Notes: generated by a model from the sequence alone, not told the origin. Counted from the first letter of the whole stretch, positions 22,280 to 35,600 are shown. The stretch is DNA of 60,313 nucleotides, filler included, from Squatina squatina (GCA_031763465.1; 3 parts of 3 records of this genome joined end to end with filler, not necessarily neighbours in it), one strand, 5' to 3'. Program-made: numbers and translations.

Positions 22280-22713
22280 TCTAACACCAAAAGAGAGAAT
22301 TTTACTATTAAATGAGGCAACAATTATGCGCATGTTCTACAATGAGCTGCCTGAGTACAACCAGGCATTGCAGAAAGTACCAGCACAGATTAGCAAAACA
22401 ACATTTTTCTTCGTTTTAACGCCATGTAATTTGAAGTTGTGCCAATGTCATAACAACACTGCCAATGAAATACACCAGACTTACTTTTATTAATCACACA
22501 CTGTGTAGAATCTAAACATATCTTCTATATTCATAACAGATGGATTTAAACTTGAGGATCAATTGTTATCTCAATTCAAGCAAACTTNNNNNNNNNNNNN
22601 NNNNNNNNNNNNNNNNNNNNNNNNNNNNNNNNNNNNNNNNNNNNNNNNNNNNNNNNNNNNNNNNNNNNNNNNNNNNNNNNNNNNNNNAAAGGTTACATTT
22701 GCGCTCTTCCCAG

Positions 22714-22793
22714 CAGATAATAATAGCAGAGGACGAGCAGCAGGTCACCTGCCTGCTGTTTCTCGACAGAAGAATTTTTGGGGAGAGACATAA
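22714..22793 (+). CDS. Candidate TGFBI C-terminal exon (A)DNNSRGRAAGHLPAVSRQKNFWGET*
   Basis: Acceptor ttacatttgcgctcttcccag|CA; the phase-1 start fits the human ...QPP A|NRPQERGD junction; same strand and downstream of exon 12; sequence similarity is weak. Confidence 0.35.
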
Positions 22794-24516
22794 AAAAATG
22801 GGAGTAGGAAAAAATGCAGACTCGTTTTAAAAAAAGAGAAAAAAAAGCTATGTTTCAGTCGGGAATTTGTCTGCAGGCTGCAGTTGCAGTGTCAGAAATA
22901 CAAATACGTTCAGTTTGGTTATTGCCATTTGGAGACACATGTTGCTGTGAAAGGCAAATACCTCACAGTAACTGAACGACCTTTTCATCAATTAGGTCTA
23001 CAGCTCAAAATCAGAGATATAAGAACATCACATAAAACATACATTGATGCTAACCTAACTAAAACACAACATTGTAACTAAAACTATGCAGTTACTCTTC
23101 TACTTTTGCATAGATGCACAGTCGAAGCCATTGCATATCAATATGAAAATGACGGTCAAATGCACAAAAAATATTTTAATGTGCTCTGACTATCCCATTG
23201 CATTTGGTGAAAGAAAATTAGCCATGGATTATACTTTTAATTTATGGACGCATGCACTCCTCAACAGCTTATAATTGGAAATCATTTTAAAAGCCTGATT
23301 CACTATAATAATGATATTGTTTGCTTTCAAATGGATTCATGCTTTGCACAGTGGGTTATATTTTGCTTTACAAGTCAACTAAAAAGACTCTTAAAGTACA
23401 AGTCCTGAGCTCCACGTTGTTAATATTTAAACAAAAATGCTCACACAATGGAATGCTAATGATTTAATCTGGATTGTTTCCATCTCTCTTTGCACTAAAG
23501 GCAGTTCTGAAACAAGGCAATTGTAAGGTAAATGCATAATAATGCATAGTATTTATGCCAACACTCATTTTTGAAGCAACTCAGTNNNNNNNNNNNNNNN
23601 NNNNNNNNNNNNNNNNNNNNNNNNNNNNNNNNNNNNNNNNNNNNNNNNNNNNNNNNNNNNNNNNNNNNNNNNNNNNNNNNNNNNNAATAGCATTCAGTTT
23701 CAAAAATTTAACAGCAGCAGTTGCATTACACTCCTTGTGTCAGTGCAATGTGAGAACTGAATGGTACCAATTATAGCCTACCTTTTCATATTTATTTTAT
23801 TCTTTCTCGGCATTCATTTCTTCTGTTTAAATTCCAAATAAAAACCTGTTGTGAGTGCAAATTAATTCAGGCAAGTTAACAAAAAATCCTACTCAGCACT
23901 TTGAAAAAATTTGGCAGCCTGGCTTCTGAATGCTGAAGCACACACTATTTTAANNNNNNNNNNTTTAAGCTTCCTGCAGTGTTTCTGATTTTCTTTTCTT
24001 AATGCTCTAGGCTGTAGCTCTTGAAAGCATTCCAAGTCCTGACAGCCATCTCCCTCCTTCCCCGATCACAAGAAACTTCCTTCTGACAAAGTGATCTTCA
24101 GAAGCTTGAAAGCAAAGAATTTTTAATTTGAAGTGCTTCAATTGCTTTCCAGTTCGATGCACAGCAGAACCTATAAAAAATTCAGTCGATGTGGAGGAGG
24201 AACACATCTCACCTCTCACAATCCATGCTTTATGTGAAGCACAGTCCTGTACTTTGTAATCCAACATTCCTCCTTAGGCTTTGCAGACACCTTCATTTTA
24301 ACATGTGGCTGATTCAGACTTCCTGACAAGAATGAAACAAGGAACTGTTTTATAATATATCATTGTGGTCATTGGTCACAATCCGAGTGGCACCCACATT
24401 TAGTAAACCAGCATAACCAGTCAATTTGTCGACCACATTGTGTAAAATTGTATATTTTCAAAAATGCTTCCAGTTGAAAGGAAATACAAATTTTATTATA
24501 ATATTCTGACACAATT

Positions 24517-24825
24517 GGCCCAGAAATTCCGGTTGGAGACTACGACCGGAAAGATTTCCACAAAAATACCTGGTGGCCCGGGTGGTTTGCAGCCCTGTGT
24601 TCCTGGGCCTCTGTGCGAACACCAGCAGAGGCGCCCAGGTACCGTCGCAGCATATGCGGTTCGCAGATGCTCCTAGGATCACGTGGGAGGCCCCAACCAA
24701 TCAAGGTAGGGGTCTCCCCATTCATACTTCTGCGGATCTCCAAATATACAGACATCAGTGGAAGTATCAATGGGAGACACAAAAAACACAAGCACTTCAA
24801 AATAAATGTTAAAAACAGCTCAAAT
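24517..24825. mobile_element. GC-rich non-autonomous DNA-transposon-like 5' end
   Basis: Starts ggcccagaaattccgg, with an abrupt rise in GC and CpG; truncated by a gap. Confidence 0.45.
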
Positions 24826-24925
24826 NNNNNNNNNNNNNNNNNNNNNNNNNNNNNNNNNNNNNNNNNNNNNNNNNNNNNNNNNNNNNNNNNNNNNNNNNNN
24901 NNNNNNNNNNNNNNNNNNNNNNNNN

Positions 24926-24968
24926 TTCTGACTCAGAGGTAAGAGTGCTACCCACTGAGCCACAGCTG
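24926..24968 (-). mobile_element. tRNA-derived SINE head fragment
   Basis: Reverse complement cagctgtggctcagtgggtagcactcttacctctgagtcagaa matches 6457-6500. Confidence 0.75.
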
Positions 24969-25382
24969 ATATTGTGAACACAAAGCAGAAAATACTAGGC
25001 TTGCACAGCAGGTCAGTTGGAGAGAAAAGATGGGTTATGAGACTTCTGGTGTGTAACTTCCATCAGAACAAATGACCAAAACAGGTTGGAGTTTGTTAAT
25101 TGTTCGTGGCTCCACTGGGTAAGATTATTTTAAATGGACTGGTTAACAGGCAGTTGTGAGTTGCTGGCATCAGCATTCAGTCAGATGAGAACATGGCAAG
25201 CACCAATCCCATGTGATTTACGTAATGATAACTAAACACCAATTTTTCGCAAGGATATATAAATGATTTTGCTTATCAAGAAGTGTGATATTTAACAATA
25301 GTACTATTTTTGATCTCTAGTAACTGCCGCACATTGCTCCTGACGTTTTTTTTGCTCAGTGAATTCTATGAGAAAAATAAAA

Positions 25383-25550
25383 GGGGGAGGTTTTCCTGGG
25401 TCTTTGCCCAGGCACATGGGACTCCCTGGGTGCAGAGAATATCAGAAAATTGGGCAGGTCAGAGAGCTCACCTGTAAAAGGAACTCACCAGATTTTCTGA
25501 TATACATCACGTCCAGGCAATCCTGGGTGCAGACCCAGAGAAACCTACTC
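25383..25550. mobile_element. Second fold-back MITE-like element
   Basis: Left arm gggaggttttcctgggtctttgcccagg...atatcagaaaat pairs with right arm attttctgatat...cctgggtgcagacccagagaaacctactc. Confidence 0.65.
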
Positions 25551-26344
25551 TATTGTTTCTAAGTGTTGGTCCGCAGGGATATAATAAAATACCCCATTAA
25601 AAAGACTCCACCAATGTGAAATAAAAAATACTGTAAAAACTATGATCTGGATTTGGCATTAGATAGGTGGTAATCGGTTTCAAATGTTTTTCTGAATTTT
25701 CATTACTGGGGTTAACTACCAGATGGGGAAATTGTAACTATCTAGCCACTGGTGTCCTATGTGGCAATCTACTTTGAAATTGTTGCATCAGAGAACAGGA
25801 AGTTTGCATGAGCGGTAAATGGAGACATGTATTAAGGCACAATATACATAATATATATATATAGCTTCTCTGTTCTAAATTCATGTTGAATATATTGCTG
25901 AACTCCAACCAATTATAGACAGGAATTCATTGCCGTGACAACAAGAAGAGGTTCCAGCTGAACTCTAGCCCTGCTGTGGCAGTCTGAGAGACAGTGTTGC
26001 ATTGAAGCCAACCTCCAGCTGTTTTTCTCTTTGCCAGCATTTCATAAAATGAAAATCAAGTGATGGGTCAGTAGCTGCGCTGCGTTGTCTCAATTATTCT
26101 AATCTGCCCCTTCAGTATTATCTCCCGACCTCCTGTTCCAGAGGCAAAGGAAATCATTTTGATTTGGCACTGACTGTTCCTACAAGGTTTAAAGAAAACA
26201 AAAAAAAAATGTTAAGGAAGCAAAGGAAACAAATATTCATCTGAAAAATAATTCAAGAAACAATAAAGGATTTTTTCCCCTATACTTTGCTTTTATTCAC
26301 CAATTTTCTCTTCCAATGTTCTTTTCTGCCATCATCGCCATCAT

Positions 26345-26585
26345 CCCTAGCCACTGACCCCATCCCCCTCCCCAGCATCTGTCTGAGGCTGAACTAGACT
26401 GTTCACAATCTTGGTTTCACTCTTGACCCTGAAATGAGCTTCTGACTTCATATTCACGCCACAACAAAGACCACCTATTTCCACCTCCGTAACATCAACC
26501 GTCTCCGCCCTTGCCTCAGCTCTTCTGCTGCTGAAACTCTCATTAAAGCCATTGTTACTTTTAGACTTGACTATTCCAACTCTAT
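26345..26585 (+). mobile_element. L2 LINE fragment
   Basis: CLRLN*TVHNLGFTLDPEMSF...TKTTYFHLRNINRLRPCLSSSAAETLIKAIVTFRLDYSNS. Confidence 0.85.
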
Positions 26586-27959
26586 GTANNNNNNNNNNNN
26601 NNNNNNNNNNNNNNNNNNNNNNNNNNNNNNNNNNNNNNNNNNNNNNNNNNNNNNNNNNNNNNNNNNNNNNNNNNNNNNNNNNNNNNNNAGCTGAGCATTG
26701 TATCGATACATGTAGCATTCCATGATCAGTATTAGTACATACAACTTCTCTGTGAGGAAAGACAATGAAAGGGTTAAATACACATTGGTGCAAAGGATGC
26801 TGCCTTTTTGTACCTAAGAACACTTTAATGCTTTCCTGACCGAAAATCTGCCAAACCAAATCAAATAAATGCTTGTCAACAAAATGAAGAAACCCCTACA
26901 GGGCTTGATGGAAAGAAAAACTTTGAAACAGAACTCCTCAGGGAAGCCATCAGAATACTTTACAGAATAGGAAAATAAAAGGGCTGCTTTTTTCATTAGG
27001 AAAATCACAGAATGTAGCTTTTCATTTCAGTGTTTGAAATGTGTACAGAAATTAATCTAGTGGGTTTTTGACTTTGCACAGAACAATTTTATATATATTT
27101 CAGAACTGTTTTTGAAGGTTGTAAAGTTGAACCTGCAGCTTTCAATGGTTCGGATAATGTAGGCTACATTTTAAAACATATCTGGGTCAATGATTTCTTC
27201 TTGATGTATTTTAAAAAAAATTGAAGTGGAGACATTTTGATGTTTTTGTATTCTGTTGCCAAAGGGATTGAAACTTCAGTTTGACCCAAGGTGACATCAA
27301 ACTCTTAACAATGCATGGCCTTGGTGCAAGACCCTTCCTGTAGCAATTGGAGGAGATGGGTATAATCTGTCAAAGTATGAATCTGTTGAACATTGTTTTA
27401 AATCTGTGGGTCTTTGGGGAAGGGGGCGATTGCAGAATATGCTTTCCACAAGAATACGTAAAATCTGGTGTATACATGGCACTTCTGCGCAGATCTTTGA
27501 ATCCATGCACCTGGAGTATGACAAATGCTAAATGTAAACAGTGCAGGTACAACCAGTGCATTATGTTAATTGTTTATTCCAATAAAACCTTTTTTCCTAC
27601 TTTCATTAATGAGTGGGAAAAGTCAGTTGGGAACCTGTGCAGGGAGCCACAGGAAAGGGAAGCAAGGATAGAAGCAAAAGATAGGAAGGAGATAAGCAAA
27701 TGTGGAAGGCAGAGAAATCAAGGGCGANNNNNNNNNNNNNNNNNNNNNNNNNNNNNNNNNNNNNNNNNNNNNNNNNNNNNNNNNNNNNNNNNNNNNNNNN
27801 NNNNNNNNNNNNNNNNNNNNNNNNNNNCTCTCTGTAAAATGTTTGTATCCTCCTCGCAACTTGCCTTCCCACCTATTTTTGTATCGTCTGCAAATTTAGC
27901 TACAATTTAGTTTACAAAAGGTGAAAGTTATAACTTGAATAAATTTATAACATAGCATG

Positions 27960-28180
27960 TGTAAGGCACACAGGGAGAGTGGTTGACTTACAGAAGAGAA
28001 AGGAGACAGAAAGAACAAGAGACTTACATGAAGAGGAAGACAGAAATGCTGATTATAAGAGGCACAGAACACAGAAATACAGAGATGGCAATGCGGCAGA
28101 TACTGTGAAATCCATTGAGATACAGAGAGAAACAATGGAAGACAGGCAAAAAGTTAAGGACAAGGAGATAAAAAAATGAA
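27960..28180. repeat. Purine-rich (AG/ACAG) low-complexity tract
   Basis: Degenerate agac/acagag/gaaag runs. Confidence 0.5.
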
Positions 28181-30233
28181 TATGACACAAACATAGGTAT
28201 AGCTATAGTAACAAAGGCACACTTTATTTGTTTAGTTTTGTGAGCAATACCAAGAAGGAACAAAATAATTAAACTATCTGAGCCCACTCATGTAATTTGT
28301 GATGTCATCTGAGTTCTACAATGAGATTTGTGGCAGTTATCTGTTAGTCTTTATACAATATGAACATGCATTCAATATTTTCTATTTATAATATATGCAT
28401 AGTCATGTGAACTTTACTGTGCCATGGCAGGAATACTTTGATGGCACTAATGCTGTTGCCATGGTGCCGTACAGATGGGGATTGGGTGATGTCTACTTGT
28501 TTTGACGCTAGTAGCTGACTTGTCCAAGAGGATGCATTTAGGTGATGACAGCTCTCCTGATGGTTCTCATTTTGATTGATGCCTACCAAAGAAATACTAT
28601 TATCAACTGTTAGCTTCCGATCTGCAGAGAATCTGAAGTGATTATTACAGAGGGCTGAACATATTTTTTATAATGTGGCTCTCAAGCTCTGAACTCACTA
28701 CTGAAATGAAAATTAAGACTTTCTGCCATTTGTTTTAAAATATATCTTTTTGCCTTGTCTAACTCAATATTCGTGCATACATCTTATACTGAGAGACTGT
28801 ATTATACTTAGCCCCCAGTAATTCAGTACTCAGTGGTCTGGGGTTTTACAGCTACAAGTATATTAAATTANNNNNNNNNNNNNNNNNNNNNNNNNNNNNN
28901 NNNNNNNNNNNNNNNNNNNNNNNNNNNNNNNNNNNNNNNNNNNNNNNNNNNNNNNNNNNNNNNNNNNNNNACAAACACATCACAAAACATTTTAAAAACT
29001 ATTTTAACATTAAAATTCAATAAAAAGGAGATAAATAACGCAAAAAATTGTTTTTGAAATTAAAAAAAAAATCTTTTAAAATGTTTAATTCACTCGAGTT
29101 TAGAAGACTGAGAGGGGATCTCATTGAAGCTTATAAAATTCTAACAGGACAGAATGTCTGGCCCAGGACAGTTTACCGTCTCCAATCGGGGTGATAGCCA
29201 ATTTAGACCCCTGTGAATCTAGAGGTCCCTTAGCTACATTCATATGTTTTAACACAAAAGATAAATCTTAACCTTTCTAATAATCATATCTTTGAATCAG
29301 AAAAATCAAGTTCAAAACAATCATCTGTTTACCTTAAATGTGCTTTTTTTATAGCAAATGTCAGAGCCTGATATTATTGTGGGAAGTGCTTGCTGGATTC
29401 TTCCAAGAATTAATTCAAACAGATTTTCTGAGGGATGGTGTGTGCAAGTGCAAGTTTCCTATAGTGGAACACATAACTATGTATCGTGTGTCACATTAGT
29501 ATCTTCTAGGGAATGTAATTCTAACCACAACTGAATAACGCTAAATGCATACCTCATAACTCATTTGTCACAGAATTTTGTGCTTCAATTAGGATTTCTC
29601 TCAACTGCAAATGATCAATTTATAATGTTTCTGTCTCAGCTCCCTTAATCATTCGTGCAGCAAATGAATCAAAGACAACACAAAACAGTTTTGGGTAATA
29701 ATAAATTTAACAAAAATTAATAGTATTATGAAAGCTTAGAGCCTAAATATGTGCAGCTGTGTTCGGGTAAGATTAGGTCATGGACTAAAATAATCATCAT
29801 GCAAAGGATAGAGAATGTGAACAACTCAGGGCTATCTTGCACTTCAGTTAAAATTATGTATTCAATTGTTTTGACTGAACAAGGACATCAGTACAATGGG
29901 TCTGAATTGGTTATACTCCCATATAATTCTGTACAATGGAAATTAATAAAATAAATTATGGTTCCAATGTGATTCTTTACAATGGGACCACATGGGAAGG
30001 GGTTGTGGTCACACTGCGATTTGCTAGAGGATGATGCAGGGCTATGAGGAGAGAATGGAGCAGTGGAATTAGTTTTGGATTGCTCTCTGACAGGACGGGT
30101 GCAATGGCATTCTTCTATGCTGTAAACTTCCATGGATCTATGTACAATGCAAGTAAACAGGACTAGATTCAGTCCACTTGAACTGTGTAATCTAGTGTGA
30201 GTTGGAAAGGGATTTGATTCACTGGGATTCTAT

Positions 30234-30738
30234 GGCCAGATTTTTGCCTGCCTGGGCAGGTCCACTGCGAGCGGTGGCCATGGTGGTTCATGACCCCGCT
30301 GCTGGCTCCATCCCGCTGCTGAAAATAGGGCATATTAAACCCGCCCTGCGCATTACCTGGCCCAATTAAATGGTACAGGTCTGGTGACATCATCGATGAC
30401 GCGTTTTCAGCCAAGATCTTTAAAGGGGCCATGGCCACATTAGATTTTAACGTCAATGTAAAATAGTGCTGTAAGTGCACTACAGCCTTGGAGTGTTGCC
30501 TGATTGGAGATAGCAGAGGAGGTCAACAGCAGGGATGTTGTCAGGAGGACCATGGTGCAGTGCTGCAAATATTTCAATGATCTCATTAGATCAGGAAACG
30601 TGAGTACAAAGCCACACTCACCTTCATCCTGCTATGCCTTTCATCACATCCCCATCATTCTTCCTTCCCAAACTTACCCCTGCACATCCTTACTCATACC
30701 AACTTACCTTGCATGTCCGCCCATCCCTCTCTCTCTGG
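30234..30738 (+). mobile_element. Decayed PIF/Harbinger DNA transposon with Myb/SANT-like ORF remnant
   Basis: Starts ggccagattttt; 30498-30599 encodes A*LEIAEEVNSRDVVRRTMVQCCKYFNDLIRSGN (W..IA..VN....RT..QC.K.F.DL trihelix pattern, Trp codon now TGA), followed by a gtgagt donor. Confidence 0.7.
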
Positions 30739-32582
30739 NNNNNNNNNNNNNNNNNNNNNNNNNNNNNNNNNNNNNNNNNNNNNNNNNNNNNNNNNNNNNN
30801 NNNNNNNNNNNNNNNNNNNNNNNNNNNNNNNNNNNNNNTTCAGTAATAGGAGGCTCAGGAGATCACAGAAATCTCATTTATAACCGTGTAAGCAGAGATT
30901 CAGCCCCAGGCCTTGAACAGTGTTCACACTGAAGGGTTCACAAATGTGAGGACTGGTGTTGCATTCATCTTTCTGAACTTAATCATTCCATTGTCATTTT
31001 TCTTTGATTCGGAACATGTCAAAATGACACTTGTGGATAATCACTCTTCTGAGTTTGCTTTCCAATTACGGATTTCATTTCTCTTGTGACTGATCATAGA
31101 AAAATAAACAAAGATTGGAGGAATGTCATTTTTGAGGCATCATTCATTCTAATCTAATTCTCTTGATAATAGCATAACAAGAGCAGATAGTTACAGATAT
31201 CAACAGGGTTTTGAAAGAAAAGGGCACAAACTAACTTTTTCAATTAAATTTCGAACTGGTAGCTTCCATATTAGCAGGCTCGAGGGGCTGCACAGCCTAT
31301 GCCTACTCCTATTTCTTATTACTTCATTTTACTGAGTACATTGCCGTTGGGGCTGTTCAGAAGGCACTAATGCAGACCTGTATACTTCAATTATATACTC
31401 AAAGAAGTCAGAACTAAATTAATTAATTATAGANNNNNNNNNNNNNNNNNNNNNNNNNNNNNNNNNNNNNNNNNNNNNNNNNNNNNNNNNNNNNNNNNNN
31501 NNNNNNNNNNNNNNNNNNNNNNNNNNNNNNNNNTGCAGAAAACAAAAAAAGGCCAGTATACTTTCCTACTTTGCTATTTTCCACACCTTGTGAGCACTGA
31601 TAATAATTCAAATGATGCAATCATACTTGGTAAAAACTGAAATCTGGTCAAAAACAATATATGAAATCAAATGGTAGCCATGCCATGATAAACGCAAGGC
31701 TCTCTTAAAAAGTCATTAAATGTAAGATTTATGAAGGCGAACATACCTTCTATATAATAATGATAAGTGACAAAACTATCCTATAATTCTCAGCTCAGTG
31801 CTCACTACATGTCATAATGAATTGTACAAAATTATGCCTATTTATGTAAGAAGAAAGTCAGGGGAAAGAGTAAGCACCAAAGCAAAATTTAATTTGTCTG
31901 TTAAGTGATTTAAAATTATTGGGGCACACTAAATAAATTAGCTTCCTTGACATGATTTAAATTGTATCCATTGCGGCATGCCAACATCTAATTGTGTCAT
32001 ACATCATTATATTAATATATTATTAACAGACACTGGCTTATTGTTCTCAGTACAATAGTTAATCAGGTCCAGAGAAATCTCAGCTAAAAGGTAAATTAAT
32101 TCTTTAGACATCTTATTTGTCTCAATTTATCATGCTGCTCACTTAGTGTAACAATGTAGCATATAGCAAAAAAGACAGAAACGTATTTAGTAGAACATTA
32201 AACAAATTCAATAAGCATGATTTGCAATTATCATTCCCCATCCGAGATGGATGATTTTGTATTGAGTCCATGTATTGATCAACACAGGGGCTGTGATCCC
32301 GCAGATTTTTTCCATCCTGCACTCAGTAACCGAGGCAAGCACTCACAAATGAAGCAGGCCAGATTCTCATTTGCCTCCCGTGATGCTCAGCTTCTGCAGT
32401 TTGCTTATACAGAATAAAACCATGCTCTCAAATCAATTTAGATTTTGCTGATTGTTAGTTTTGTTTTCAAAGATTATCATGTTGGCGACAAAAAAACATT
32501 TTTATATGGCACACTCATGTCGAACAATGAGACCATTCTATGCATGGAACAGCTTTATTCTACTTTCACCCCATCAAATATT

Positions 32583-33111
32583 GGGGCGCCCAATTCGAGG
32601 TAAAACCTCCAGCGCGAAATTGGCGCAAAACTGGCATAAAGGCACTTTAGGCGCGGAAACGCGGGTGCAAAATTCAGCTCCCGTTTACACCGGTGCAAAA
32701 CGGGCACAAGGCCCATAAGGCTTGAGGCGCTGGCGCTGGCTTCAGGATTATCATGGTGCTGTGATGTCATAAGTGCGCGCGCCGCCCAAAATGGCCGCCC
32801 ATGAAGAATTGCACAGCGTCAGTGTGCACTAAATCGAGCAGTGACAACGCCTGATTTTTTTCAGCAGTGACACGGGTTTCAGCTCAGATAGAGAAGTCAG
32901 ATTAGGTTCCATTGTATTTCTCCGTGAATCGCCCCTACTGGTGGAAGGAAGAATTGTATTATTCCGTGATTCGAAGGAAGGAAGGAAAGAAGGAAGGAAG
33001 GACCCCGCCGGAGCAACAGCTGTGTGAGCCGGGCCCGGGAAGTGACCAGGGGGACTGAGTGAGGTAAACAGGGGCTGAGTGAGCTAAAGAGGGGCTGTGT
33101 GAGCTCTTCTG
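32583..33111. mobile_element. CpG-rich interspersed element starting GGGCGCCCAATT
   Basis: The same 12-mer occurs inverted (AATTGGGCGCCC) at 3107-3118, at the end of another element; CpG-dense against an AT-rich background. Confidence 0.5.
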
Positions 33112-34420
33112 NNNNNNNNNNNNNNNNNNNNNNNNNNNNNNNNNNNNNNNNNNNNNNNNNNNNNNNNNNNNNNNNNNNNNNNNNNNNNNNNNNNNNNNNN
33201 NNNNNNNNNNNCCTGCCCACCCCACCTCTTCCTTCCCCACTGTAGAGTCTGAGGCTCTGACTCTGGTTTTGCACGGAGCCCAATTTGCCCCTCAATGGTC
33301 AATTTAGATCCCTCTGAAATTTTGGGGGTCAGCTGTTCCAAAGCTTTCATCTGTTTCAGTTTTTATGTACTTCAAATTTTCTTTCAGTGTGGACATGTCA
33401 TGAATTTATCCTGCTCTGCTGATGTATTACCACATCCCCAAAGTATGTTGCACATCCATCCATTCGACTCATTCCCCGACTCCTCCTAAAAGGTCTCTTG
33501 TTTCCCTCTTTGCAGCTTTAATTTGTGAAGTATGCAATTTAAAACAACTTCAATCAGTCTCTTTGAACGAACCATAGTTAGTAGTGTGGTAGAATTGTTT
33601 AGAGTCCCAGTACTGCTCGTCACCTTATAGGATTACAAGCAAGGAAATCAATGGCCAGCTGCTTAGACTGCCATTATTTATCTAATTTTTACGTTTAACA
33701 TCTTGTATGCTGGTACCCACTCCCGATTAGATTTTGTGCAGCTATATTTATCACAGAGTTATTAATGCACCTTCATATCAGTCTGACATTGTGTGAATGA
33801 AGAATTTTTGTCATGTGTGGTTTGACAAAAGCTTTCATATATAAACTGAAGCATGAGTGGGAGTGCGTTATAAGACAGTAACACACCCCAGGGCTTCTAA
33901 TGATGTAATAAATCAGAAGAGAGTAGCAAGGCACATTTATAAGTTCCTCAAGATTTTGAGAGTGAATTACTGCGTGGCATTCCGGGTTATTTTTTCATTA
34001 ATATATCTGTGCTTGTTTCAGCAACTTCAGTTCTTTATTTTTGGGGGGAATTTTACACTCATCAAGGTCAGTATTGGGAACACAATATTTTCCAATTTTT
34101 GTCCTATGTCACTATCAGTCTTGTCCCTAACTTGACAGTGATTTAACTTCTTTGATAAATGTTGTTTTTTGATCTGGATTTGGTGTTGGTATTTGCCTTT
34201 GTAGTGAAGTTAGAGGAAGACCAATATGTTTGGACTGAAGGAAGGCAATCGTAAGGAGACAATCGTAAGAATTGTGGGACTGTTGGGGAATGGGGAATGG
34301 GAGGACTGACTTAGTTGAAGTGCTCTTCAATGAGCTTGTTTCTGCAAGTGTGAGCAGATAGGGGCTCTCTTGGTCGCAGCCTCTCCTTCCTCTCTTCCTC
34401 CTACTCTCTGTACTTGTTGC

Positions 34421-34520
34421 NNNNNNNNNNNNNNNNNNNNNNNNNNNNNNNNNNNNNNNNNNNNTTAATTAATTAANNNNNNNNNNNNNNNNNNNNNNNN
34501 NNNNNNNNNNNNNNNNNNNN
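34421..34520. other. Artificial scaffold linker (44 N + TTAATTAATTAA + 44 N)
   Basis: Identical to 18516-18615. Confidence 0.95.
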
Positions 34521-35204
34521 TGTAAGCTCTGCAGAATGGATCACAATTTCCAGACTGGATGAGAGAGCAAGAGAGCCAATAAAGTGCTTCCAGTGCTTCA
34601 TAACTAGTTATTGGTGCTGGATAATTATTTTCAAGGTATTTTGATGGTGAAAGCTTTGAACGTTTGTAGACACGATGGAAACAATGCTACTTGTTACCTC
34701 CCCATTCTAATTCTTCCCATCATCGCAGTGGTATCCCAATTATCTCCACAACCTGAATGCAAAAAAAAAAATCCTCTACGGCTAAAATACAGTTTTAGTT
34801 TCAATGTATTTGACCTAGACCTTTGAAAGCTTAAGCTCTGTTGATGCTGTGGATTCGTGTCCATTGGGGACTGAATAGAGATTTCAGACCATGTATTTTT
34901 CCTGCCATTCAACACCATGAGCAAAAATCAATCACCTGTTCATATTATACAACACCATGTAAAATTGTAACAACAGCCTGATATGCAAATTAAGAGTTTT
35001 TTTGATTTAGTAACTTCATTATCTATTGCTTATTACCAGACCCACTATTTTATGGTGACTGAATGAGTCAAATTCTGTTCTTATTACATGGGATTCCAAC
35101 ANNNNNNNNNNNNNNNNNNNNNNNNNNNNNNNNNNNNNNNNNNNNNNNNNNNNNNNNNNNNNNNNNNNNNNNNNNNNNNNNNNNNNNNNNNNNNNNNNNN
35201 NATA

Positions 35205-35600
35205 CAAAAAAGGCCATAAGCTCCTCGCACTTGCTGTTGGAGATAAGGGTGGAAGGGGAGGGTTTTAATAAGATTCTTTCGAGTGATGAGAAGCCGGGGG
35301 GTTATCTTTGTATTCCAGGATGATCCTAGAATAGTGGGCAGTTTTGGCCGAGGAGATCAGGACCTGATAATGCTTTATGTGGTCCAGCCAGATCCGGTGA
35401 TGAAAGACAAATCCAGTTGTCCACCATGAATGTTCAAGTCTACATCCCTTGGACTTAAGGGAGCAGAGATGAGGTTCGTACCAGGGGGAATAACCAGGGG
35501 TGAGGGAGAATAATGGTTTTAATGGGGACACGGCATCAAAGGTGGAGGTGAAGGTGTGATTGAGCAGATTGGTGGCTGCAGCTAAATCGAGGGCCAAAGG
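35205..35600 (-). mobile_element. L2 LINE ORF2 fragment (EN-RT linker)
   Basis: LLNHTFTSTFDAVSPLK...SPWYEPHLCSLKSKGCRLEHSWWTTG..FHHRIWLDHIKHYQVLISSAKTAHYSRII. Confidence 0.8.

Noticed and set aside
25020-25070. Penelope-type hammerhead ribozyme
   Set aside because: The minus strand has ctgatgga rather than CUGANGA and no intact GAAA core or stems.
27265-27586. Terminal exon of an unknown gene (acceptor-like site and AATAAA at 27581)
   Set aside because: All three frames stop shortly after the acceptor and no peptide is recognisable.
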